DNA of 64,000 nt. Source: Amoebophrya sp. A120 (Eukaryota > Protista > Dinoflagellata). The DNA lies in the NCBI GenBank assembly GCA_905178155.1, contig CAJINV010000006.1, positions 2,026,230 to 2,090,229 of the forward strand. The letters run 5' to 3'. How positions within the stretch are numbered: position 1 is the stretch's first letter; each line of letters opens with the position of its first letter. This document shows, one piece after another, positions 34,601 through 46,600 of this stretch. A program made the position numbers and the translations under genes. Below the pieces are notes generated by a model that saw nothing but the letters and a program-made list of their open reading frames with translations, was not told the DNA's origin and did no database searches.

Positions 34601-37600
34601 TGTCATGCAGGGTAGGCATGATAGAACTCATCGCACAGAATCTGTCATGCTATGTCCTACATACCAGACCTCATGGGTCATGGAAAACCTGCATGACAAG
34701 TCTGGCATTCTTCCAGACCCTGACATTTTTGCAGTTGATAGGAACTGGCGGCGTGCAGTGGAGCTGGCGTGGATATGATGTGCAAAAGTATCGTACTCGT
34801 AGTAATTGCATTTATGCATTACAAATCTCTTTCTCAAGCTAAATCAGCATGACAAATTCAATTTGTAATGCTGGGGGAAATTGTAATGCAATTTATACTA
34901 CTACGTTACTACTCTTGCAGTTCATAGTGGAGAGATCATGGCGATGGGCGCCTGCGAGCTGTTTGTAGTGACGGTGGTCGTGATTTTGTTGGCACTGTTG
35001 ATGCTCGTCCTCATTCCGCAGGCAAGGGGGATGGGGGGCCGAGATCGCGGTCAGAGCTCTGACACTGAGGTATCAAAATGAAAAATCCCCCCTCCCCATA
35101 TCAAAACCGAAATTTGTGATGCTGATTGGAGGCCACAAATCAGCTTTGTATTGCAGAGCGGCATGGCGGCCAGATCCCCAGGCTAGGTAGGGGCGTATGG
35201 GTCTAGTTGTTCAGCATGGCAAACGGTTCCCCTTTATGCCCAACAACATGACAAACAGCTTCCATAATGTGGCGGAAGTTTCTGTCCTTGTCTTCTTGCA
35301 AGACAGATGTGATTTGTGACCTCAAATCCGCAACACAAATTTTTGGAAGCATATCTTTGCAATATGGGGAGGGGGGATTTTTCCTCTCAATATGAGGAAG
35401 AGGCATTTTTGACGACGACCTCGGAGGATGACACCGAAAGTTTAGATATCATAAGAAAAAGTGTTGACGTTACGGTTTTCAGTTTTTTGGAAAAAAATTT
35501 TTTTGTGGGTACTGAGCACCATCATTTCAATTTTTTTTTTTCTCGCCGCCGCGCAGCCTCCCTCTTTGCCCCTGCGGGGCTCTAAAGTGGTAAAACTCTG
35601 AGAGAGGAAGCTAGTGCACAAGGTGCGAAAACTATGAGGCCCCGCCACAACATTGCGCCCCTTCAAGCCCTGAAATGGCTACCCAATCCCTGTCCGGGCT
35701 CAAGAGCCATGATGGCTGTAAGCCGGTGGGCCAGGGCCCCGGCACTGCTGACAAGACCCGCCCACCAACGCGTCGCAACGATCGACACCGGAGATGGACC
35801 TGTTTTGGTGAGGGAAAATGGACCACAGCATGCTGTCTTTATATGATGTTGACGGTTTTTTGGGGAATTGGAAAAATCCGAGGAAAAAATCAATGATTTG
35901 ACGCCATTTCGAGGCCAAAAAATGCAGATTCCACAAAAACCGTCAACACCTCATCTAGACAGCACGCTATGGTCCATTTCCCTTCACTCAAACCGGTGCG
36001 GGCACGGGAGCGCACCTTCTGAGCAGGCAAATCGAGCATAGCGTGCTGGCTAGATGAGGTGTTGACGGTTTTTTGGTCGATTTCATGCAAAAAAGCTGGC
36101 TTCTGGAAGACCCGATCGACCATACCGTCGTGTCTAGATGAGGTGTTGACGGTTTTTGGGGTGCCGGCAAATTTTGTGCATTTTGGTACCCAAAATTTGC
36201 CCATTTCCCTCATCCTCGAAAGTGCCCCCTTTTCTTCAATCATGGAGAAAATTTGACAAAAGGCGCCAAAAGGTCCGAGATGGAAACTTGCAAAACCGCA
36301 CAGAGCTGAACTGGCGGAAACGCCATCTAGATGCCAGCTCATAGGCCCACATGTCCGAGGTTTAGCCACGGTTCGAGGTTTGAGCGTTCTGGCCCGGATC
36401 TAAGAGCCGGAGGCGGGGAGAAGGCACGGCAGGGGGCGGCCCCGGTAGGCGAAGTCCTACGCCGTCATATTTTGTGCACTAGCTAGGTCAAACCAAGCGA
36501 GCTTCGTCGCAGTCCCGCGAGAACTAATAGCGGGAATGGGTCGACTTACAAACCAAAAACATACCTCCAGCATACACCCAAAATTTTTTTTTTTCCAAAA
36601 AACTTAAAACCGTAACGTCAACACTTTTTGACGACGACCTCGGAGGAGGACACAGAAAGTCTAGACGACGAAGAAAAACAGAAGAAACAAGCAAAGAAGA
36701 AAAAGGCTTTCTCAAGAACTTCTCCAGACCATCATCTTCAACATCAATCACCTCCTCCCCGTGAAGATGCGCACCATGCTCATCAAAATACTAATTCCGT
36801 CACGTTTCATGTGCAGCCGCAGGAAGTCTTGGGAAACTTTTGTTGCTATCCAATGTTGCAAAGATGTCTGGGTCTGGAAGAATGCAGGGTTTGTCATGCA
36901 CAGCTAGCATGGCTCTCAAGTCTGTCACGCGCGCCACACAAAAGCCACGTTTCTCTGTCATGCAGAAACGCAGTTTGTCATGCGGATAAGTAGGCAACAC
37001 TGTAGCAACTGCAAAGCTAAAACTTGTCATGCTTGGCTGTCAATGAAGGCGTCCACATGATTCGCCAAACAGCATCACAAGTTTCCAGACCCAGACGCTT
37101 TTGCATTGCATAGCTGCTTCCTCTGCATGTGTCCGGTCCGAGTGATTCAGATGTTGGCGCACGTATTTAGCTGCGGAAGGTGTTGTGCGTGCTGGAGGAA
37201 AAATTCAAATTCTTCTTCGAAACAGAGGCGGGACTTATTTCATGATGACCATCACCATGACGAACAACAATTCTTCATTGTTGGCACGGAAACCAAAGCC
37301 CAACAGCGACAACTGGTGAAAGCTGCGTTGAAGGCGAAAAACGTCTCTCCGACAGAAGAGCAAGCCCTGTACAACAAACAGCGTCGGAACCTGGGATTTC
37401 TGTTCCCGGATCGAATCGACCGAAAGCCGTTTTGTATGTTGTCGAAGGAAGACGTCGTGAAGAAGGGAAATCAGCCACTACAAGGGAAAAAGATGAACAA
37501 AGAATCTTCCCTGGTCCTCGAGGGCGACGCCTCAGGTCGTGGACTACCAGAACCACAGCCAGCCGTTGACTTTTCGAAGGCGAAGCTCGTGACTTCCTGG

Positions 37601-40600
37601 TCACAGAAAATGCCCTCGGAAACGAAAATCCCGATTTGGCAGCTGATGACGATGAACACGACAGACAATAGTTACAAGGCGACTTACCATGTGACACCGC
37701 ACCACGATATTAAAAGTGATAAGAAACCCACCACATCATCCAACACTGTCGCGAAGATGGTCAAAGAAAAAAACACCAACAATCTCGTTGTCTGGCACGC
37801 GGCGGTCGGGACCCGGGGGGAGAACCAGCCCTACGCTTTGCTCTCGTACGAATACGCAGCGAAGTATCCGAATGACAGTGTGGTTTTCGTGATCAAGCCG
37901 GAATACGCATCTTGGATAACGTATCCATTGCAAAAGTATCGTACTCGTATTCTTGCAATCATGCAGTACAAATCTTTTTTTCAAGGTCAATCCGCATTAT
38001 CATGCTGAGGAAATTTGTAATCGTAATGCATACGAGTGCGATACTTTTGCAATGCATATCACAAGGTATGGGAATGTGTACCGAAAATGCGTTCTAGACG
38101 GCGTCTTAGAAAGACCGGACCTGTACGAGGTCAAGTACCACTTGGAAAAGGTGCCGGTGATGAAGTACCGCAATTCGGTATTCAACAAAAAAGCATTAGC
38201 GTTAGCGTTTTGGCATTTGCTGGCGAAAGCCAAATTTTTTTTCATTCTAGCTAGTGACGTAGCTGTGTTCCGTTCAGACAGAACCGCGCTAACTGGAAGC
38301 AGTGGAAGCAGTCTCTTCGGCCGAGAAGCGGATCGGAGATGATACCGCCAAAGATGTGGGCGACGGCTAGGCCGTGCACATGTCTGGGGCTTCAGGGACT
38401 TCCGGCTACGCGACCTCCTGGCCATGCGGGGGGCTGGCAAGCCGTCGCTCTTGGAGTGCCTGAAGACCCGTTTTTGGCTTGCGGCCTTTGAGCCCGAGCA
38501 AGATGATCAAGCTTCCCAAAGTCTGGCATTAGCGTTTCTGTCCTCGGAGGTCATTTTGACCCCCTGAGCAGAGGCGAAATTGCATGGTCGCAAAAGAAAA
38601 CGCTAATAAACTCATGATAGCGTCGGGGGAGCGTCTCTCTTCTCAGGTTCACAAAAAACGCTAATAAACTCATGGTAGCGTCGGGGAGCCTCTCACGAAA
38701 GAAAAGACGCACTTTTGTAAGTTCACAACTTCCCCACGCTATCATGAGTTTATTAGCGTTTTTTGAGCCTTGGCATAAGTTTACATTTTCCGCACGCTAT
38801 CAAGAGTTTATTAGCGTTTTTTTTTGCGACCGTGCAAAAGTGCAGGACTTCGGCAAGAAGTCTTTGGGTATTTTGCTGGTCCCCCCGAAGGCGCTAATGG
38901 ACGCCGGGTCGGAGCTCCAACCTGCGCTACAATCTGCCGAATTCCCCGTCACATAAGGCAAAAGGCGGGCGAGCTTGGTCGCGATTCTTTCGTGTGCCGA
39001 GAAGGGCGCGTCAGTCCGGCGTTGCGGAGCATGGAGCCCAAGGGCCTGGCTGTCCCATACGGGGCAGGCGAGGGCTGCTCCGTCAAGCTGCTGTGGCGGG
39101 TGGGGCGCTTGTTTGAATGATATTGGATAGCAATCTTTCGTCTGAACGGAAAATAGCCGACTCGACATGCAAAATCAAAAAAAAAGTCGTTTGTTCGAAC
39201 AAATCTCAAAACGCTAACGCTAATACTTTTTTGTTGGATATTCGGGATCAACATTGCCTGGAGACGGTCCAAATGATGAAAACTCATCATGTGCCAGGGC
39301 TTGTTGCACCTCGTCGTGCGCCGGAGCGCGAAGAAGTACCAACACCACCGGAACGACCGCGCGCCGGCGGCCCGGACAAGGACCTTCACGCCAGCGAAAT
39401 AAGCATTGGCAGGACAAAGAAGGGCTGAAAGAGAAGAAAGAAATTTTAGACAAGATGGACGACAGAAAGAAGGCCATTGCAAAGGCAATGATTCTAGAGG
39501 GCTACGCAAGCTCGGATGAAGAGGACGTGTTTGGAGAGTTGCTTCAGGAAGAGGATGATCTTCATCATGCTGACAGCACGAAAAATCAAGATTTTGCCAT
39601 CACGAAAGAACTGGATGGAAGTGCACCAGCCGCCGGAGCTGGTGCTGCGCAGCCTCTCATGATCTCGAAAGCGGTCAACTTGAATCACATATCAAATGCA
39701 AACATGTCTGGGTCTCGAAACCTGTCATGCTGAATTGGCGAGACTGAAATACTTTCCAGTGGAGCCAAGCATGACAAGTTTGCAGAGCGCTTCCTCATGC
39801 GCACTCCGCATGAGAAACAGGGGTTTTATATGACAAAAAGGGGCACGATCCTTTTGCTAGTCATGCAATACAGACTTTACAGGCGTGTAGGACTAGCATT
39901 ACAAGTTCCATATTTATTCCAGAGCCAGACACATTTGCAATGCATATCATGCTATCGACGGCCATTGTGCCTTGAATGCGTGGCCGGGGAAGATGCCGAG
40001 CGAAATTTTTGAAACAGAGGAAATTGTTGTGGAAGCAGGACGAGATGAAAGAAGTACAGCTCCTGGTGGCAGTTCGAATAGTACTAAAACAGCGACGGGG
40101 GATGATCATCATGTTGTCAACAGCGGCCGGCGTGATGGAAGTAACATATTAGGAGCTACAGCTCCTGTCGTACTACCTGCTCAACCCGGTGACTCGAGCT
40201 CTACAAAAAGATCAACCGTCCGGAACAAAATGAAGCTGAGCTACACTTACCACTTGGAAAAGGTGCCGGTGATGAAGTACCGCAATTCGGGATCAACATC
40301 GCGTTGGGGGGACGATCCATATCCTGTGCAAAAGCATCGTGCTCGTGGTAATCGCAATTATGCAATAGAAATCTTTTTGCTAAGGTCAATCAGCAACACA
40401 AATTCCATTTCTCATCATTCTGAGGAAATTTGTAATGCGATTTCTACTAGTACGATACTTTTGCAATGCACAATCCAAGTGAAAACTCATCATGTACTAG
40501 AGCTTGTTGCACCTCGTCGTGCGCTATCAAATGCAAAAATGTCTGGGTCTGGAAGAATGCATGTTTGTCATGCTTGTCTGGCATGACTCTTAAATCTGTC

Positions 40601-43600
40601 ATGCACATTGCCCAAGAGACGTTTTTTTCTGTCATGCGGAGACGCAGTTTGTCATGCAGATGAATAGGCAACATCTACAAGCTCAGAAATTTGTCATGCT
40701 GAGCCAGCACTTGTGGCCTCCTCATGCTACGCCACTCAGCGTCACAAGTTTCCAGACCCAGACACTTTTGCATTTGATATGCGCCGGAGCTCGAAGAAGT
40801 ACCAACACCGCCGGAACGACCCCGCGCCGGTATGACAGTGCACAACTCCCCCTCCCCCTCATTTGTATGGCATGAAGAGCAATACAATGACAAGCACACG
40901 CGGAGCCTATGCATGACAAATTTGTGTACCTGATGTAGTACTGTTTGGGCTTCCGGAATTTGTCATGCAAACAGTGCCACAAGGCAGCGACTGGATTTGG
41001 GATTTTGCATGACAAATGAGGGGGAGAGCGACTGGACTTGGAAAAGGTGCCGGTGATGAAGTACCGCAATTCGGGATCAACATTGCCTGGAGACGGTCCA
41101 AATGATGAAAACTCATCATGTGCCACCAGGGCTTGTTGCACCTCGTCGTGTGCCGGGGCAAGGAGTACTAACACCAGTCCGCCAGCATCCGGAACAACGA
41201 CCCCGCGCCGGCGGCGGCCCGGAGGTGGAATTGTTCCACGCAAGCGGATATCAAATGTAAAAATGTCTGGGTCTGGAAGGTTGCAACTTGTGATGCTGTC
41301 TTTGGAAGGTAAAAAACATCTGTATTGCATGACCAGCAAGAGGAGTTCAGTTTGTGCTACGCGGAGTGGGCGTTTCTCATGCGGAATACGCATGAGAAGG
41401 CCCTTTAAAAATCTGTGTCGCTCGGCCATGCATTACAGGCATCATTGGTTATGCAAGATATGCATGACAAACCTGGCAATCTTCCAGGCCCAGACATTTT
41501 TACACTTGATAGCGGAATAAGCATTGGCAGGACAAAGAAGGGCTGAAAGAGAAGAAAGAAATTTTAGACAAGATGGACGACAGAAAGAAGGCCATTGCAA
41601 AGGCAATGATTCTAGAGGGCTACGCAAGCTCGGATGAAGAGGACGTGTTTGGAGAGTTGCTTCAGGAAGAGGTGGACGATGATCTTCATCATGCTGACAG
41701 CACGAAAAATCAAGATTTGGCCATCTTCGCGGAAGAACTGGATGGGAGTTGTGCACCACCAGCCGCCGGAGCCGCTGCGCAGCCTCTCATGATCTCGAAA
41801 GCGGTCAACATGAATCACGCCATCGACGGCCACTGTGCCTTGAATGCGTGGCCGGGGAAGATGCCGAGCGAAATTTTTGAAACAGAGGACATTGTTGTGG
41901 ACGAAGCAGGACAAGATGAAATAAGTACAGCGGGTGGCAGTTCGAATACTAAAACAGCGGCGGGGGATGATCATCATGTTGTCAACAGCGGCCGGCGTGA
42001 TGGAAGTAACACATTAGAAGCTACAGCTCCTATCGTTCCTCAAACTGACTCGACAAAAAGATCAACCGTCCGGAACAAAATAAAGCTGAGCTACACTTAC
42101 GCGTATTCAGTAAGGATAGAGCTTCTCGCGAAAACGAAAAATCACAACAGTCTTGTCGTTTATTGCGGTCCCGAGCTCGGGTTTTTGAACGATTTGCAGA
42201 TCCGGAATGTTTTGGAGCACAATTTTGGGAATTTCCGGGTGCTGCGGTCCCGAGTGTCGTCCTTTTCGAACGCAGAGAACATTATCAACTGAAAATATTT
42301 CTGGGGTCTCTGGATGAGTGCAGAAGTTTGCAATGCAGGTTTTACATGACCAAGAGTGTCTGGTATGCAAGGACCAGCATCACAGGTTCTTCGAGGGCTC
42401 CTGCTTCACGATCCCTACTCTGCATGAGAAATAAGCCCCTCTGACCATGCCCAAACATAGACAACTTTTGCTGTTTATGCAACACATTTTTTTGTGTGAG
42501 CTGAAATGCGCATCACAAATTCCAACCTTCCAGACCCAGATATATTTGCATCGCATAAACATTTATCTGTTGCAAGAACTGGAGAGAAAGGTCGGGAAAC
42601 GTATGACCTGCTCAAACGTTCCAATCTCAAACGTTACATATATAATCTGGATTTTGTATTGCATGACGAGCGTGACACACTCGGACAGTATACCACATTC
42701 TGCAATACAAATTTAGCCCGATTCTAGTCCGGTTTGGGGCTCCGAAACTTGTCATGCGCAATCCTGTGGGAGTAGGTTAGATCATGCACTTCTCGCATCA
42801 CAGAGTTCCACATTCTATAATGTAACGTTTGAGATTGTAAGAACAGCTGAGCAGGTTATAAAACGAAAACTTCCGCCCGGGTGCTGCGCCATCAGTTCCG
42901 GGGTGTATCGGAAGGATATAAAACTGTCTCCGTCTCTCCAAAGAAGAAGAACCTTTGCACTGGCTCAGCAAGACAACTTCGCCGTCGCTATCTATGAGAG
43001 GCTGCAAATAAAAAACCTGTGATGCGTCAGGCTAAACAAAGGAGAACACGTATGAGAGATGATGACTTCCTTTTATGAAGACTACGAGCATGACAAGAAA
43101 CTGTCTCGAGGTAGTGAGCGTCTACATTTTTACAAGTTGAGACTGAGACAGTTTTTTCTCGCGATAGGCTGAGTTTGCTCGGCATAACGCAGGAGATCAT
43201 GAATTACCTGCAGGTGCACGTCTTCCCAAACACCAAACAGAACAACTACGATCTCCGACTGGTCGGGTTTCTCTTCATGTGGTTCTGCCACAAGCTCGGC
43301 GCGTTTTACCCCTTTTGGAACCACATGCGGCAGCATTTACGGCTCTTTTACTTCCTATGCATTGCAAATATGATCTTGTCTGGAGGGTCTGAAAGAATCC
43401 AAGTTTGTCATGCTTGTCTGGCCTGTGACTCCTAAGTCTGTGATGCGTGAGTAGGAAAATGGTGTCTTTTCTGTCATACAGAGACCCAGGTTGCCATGTG
43501 GAAAACGAAACACATAACAGCTCAAGAACTTGTTATGCCTGGCTGCGTATAATTTTAATTGCAGTCGTGCACCAACGCTTCAGATTCACAAACTAGCGTC

Positions 43601-46600
43601 ACAAGTTTCCAGACCACCCAGGTCGATATTTGCAAAAATGCATACTTTCTGATTGACGACGAGACGGGGTTTGCGCTCTTCTTTGACCGCATTCTGAAGC
43701 AGCTGAAATTTCTCCGGAGCGAATTGTATTTCGAGGACTATAAACAGGCGAAGATGTTGGATCTGGCGATTCAGAAAGTAGGGACTGTTGCAACAAAAAA
43801 TAGAATATCTTCTTCTCTGAACAAGAGCAGCACCACACCAGGGCACCATGGCAGCAAGGCGGACGCAATTCTGCTTTCCAGTCCGAGGGGGAGGATTTTG
43901 ATGGGCGATATGGCCATATGCACTGCAACAATACCTGGGTCTGGAAGTAGATTGGTGGAACTTGTCATGCTGAATCTGAATCATGCAAATATCTGTGTTG
44001 CATGATTCCCAAACAACGCTGGTCAATTTTGATCAAGTTGAGAGACAGTTTCTCATGCAGGATAGGCATGATACTAGTGATCTCACGGAATCTGTCACGC
44101 TAGGTTCTCGTCCATTACAGATCCTATGGGTCATGGAAACCCTGCATGACAAGTTTGGCAAAATTCCAGACCCAGACATATTTGCATTTGACAGGCCACA
44201 GTCTCTAACGAAAACGAGGATGCAGCCTTTACCTACCAGTATCTATCACGAGAAAAAAGTGTTACAACAGTTACACATTGCTTGCAATCTCAGCATGACA
44301 GACAACCTTTCTCATGCCAGAAATGCTTCCGAGCTTCATTTCATACGTGTTTTCCCTTATCCTCTGCGCATTGCAAGTTTTCCCTCTCATGCAGAGAAAA
44401 TTTGTGTTGCTAAATTGACATCAAATGTGCAACTGTAACACTTTTTTCTTGTGATAGTCTCTCCCCGAGGACTTCTACGACCCAGCAGCAAATACCAGCA
44501 GCAGCTTATCCAACAAAAAAGTGTTAACGTTAACGGATTTCATAGGTTGCAGATATGCATGACAGATTTTGCCTAGTATGCATGCTATGCATGACAAATT
44601 TGGGCACGTTTTGTGATGCATTACTGCATCACAAATTCCGTTAACGTTAACACTTTTTCCTGTGATACAGCTCCTTTCGCTCCGAGCAAGCAAGGCCGCT
44701 GTTGTTGCAACCACCAGCGATGCCGACGATTTTAGAAGTAGACACCGCAAGGAACTCACCGGTCGCTCGAAGGTCTGCAAATTTGATAGAAGATGCAGAG
44801 GACTTCTACACAAGTACTTCTAGGAAGACATATGAAATGCAAAAGCATCGTACTAGTATGAATCGCATTACAGATTCTTCAGCATGAGAAATGTAATTCG
44901 TCATGTTGTTCTTCCTTGGGATGGAGATTTGTAAATGCATGGCTCCTGCGATTACTACGAGTGCGATGCTTTTGCTCAGGATAAGACAACCGCTTCGACC
45001 ATCCCGCCCACGTCGCCCACGACGATTGCCAAGAACGAGGCAGGAAGTAGTTCTCCTGCTAGAAATATGACCCCCGCACCAGTACAACACCAACACCAGA
45101 AGTTTTTCTACCCAGATTTGCCGAATCACATCATGTTTGCCACGTCGACGGTCTTGACTATCAACTGTAAAAATGTCTGGGTCTGGATGGAAGATTGCAA
45201 CTTGTGATGCTGTCCCTGCATTCTACAAAAATCTGTATTGCATGACCAGCAAGAGGGGTCCAGTTTGTGCTACATGGAGAGGGCATTTCTCACTCATGCG
45301 GGATAGGCATCAGAAACCCCGCTAAAAATCTGTGATGCCAGGTTATCCATTACAGGCGTCGTGGGTCATGTAAAATCTGCATGACAAGTCTGGCGTTCTT
45401 CCAGACCCAGACATTTTTGCGTTTGATATTGACCCCGTTGGTACAAAAGGCGGAGTTCATCGACGACCTTTTTGTGCAGCACCCGGAAATGGGGCCAAAC
45501 GAGAAAATATGCATTGTAAAAGCATCGTACTAGTATAAATTGCATTACAAATTTTCTCAGTATGAAAAATTGAATTTGTGATGCTGTTTTACCTTGGAAA
45601 GGAGATTTGTCATGCATAACTGCAATTAGTACGAGTGCGATACTTTTGCACAGGATAGAAGAGTTTCTTCCGGGAAAAGGTGTTGCTGCCCAACATGATC
45701 GGGAACATCCTTGCACCGCGGGGGTTTATGAAGTTGGAGGAGGTCAACAGTAACTACGAACGGACTATGCGTTGCGAATATGTCTGTGTCTGGGAGGATG
45801 CGGACTTGTCATGCTAAGTCTGGATCGTACAAAAATTTCTGTTGCATGACTACCAAAAGCTGTCCAGTTTTGAACAAGTTTAGAGGCAGTTTGTCATGCA
45901 GGATAGGCATGATAGGGACGTCCTCGCAGAACCTGTCATGCTAGGTTGCTGCATTCCAAACCTGATGGGGCATGGAAAATATGCATGAGAAGTTTGCATT
46001 CTTCCAGACCCAGACATATTTGCATTTGATACGGATGAACGAATTTTTCATACCCCTGAGCTGCAAAGACTTGATCGAGTATGTGCCCCCTAGTACTTCA
46101 ACGTCGTCCAATATCGCCAGAAAAAACTGTTTCACTGTAAACTTGTAATGCAGAAGATGCATCTTAGAAGTGTTTGTCTTGCTACACATGCAAGACAGTG
46201 GATGTTTACCTGTGTAGTTTTCTCTTGGGAAGCTCGCATGGCAAATTTTCTCTGTCATGTAGAGCGAGCTTGTCATGCAAAACCTGCAAAATCCTTACAG
46301 TGAAACAGTTTTTTCTCACGATATCCAACGCTCTAGATTTTTTCTCATCAACCTTCGCGGGAGGAACAACAAACGTACTTGGTACAACTAACAAGCTCGC
46401 TACCAGTATTGTGAGGAAAAATCCCCCCTCCCCATATCGAAAGCGAAATCTGTGTTGCTGTATTTGAGTACACAAATCGCGTCTGTCTTGCTGGAGAGGA
46501 CTGCAGACCCATAGCAAGCCTGAGTAGAGAGGCTTTGACTTAGGCGCTTAGCATGAAAAGCGTCCGTGATGTTGGCTCAACAGCATGACAAACCGCCTCC

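Larger units (their letters stand above)
38136..42100 (+). repeat. Intragenic tandem duplication: copy 1 38136-40247, partial copy 2 40248-41035, copy 3 41036-42100
   Basis: LEKVPVMKYRNSGST..CCTSSCAGAR occurs three times; NKHWQDKEGLKEKK..KLSYTY occurs twice. Confidence 0.9.

Noticed and set aside
38410-38470. Walker A-like MRGAGKPSLL inside the long introner
   Set aside because: Lacks the first Gly and the S/T after Lys; frame is short and closed
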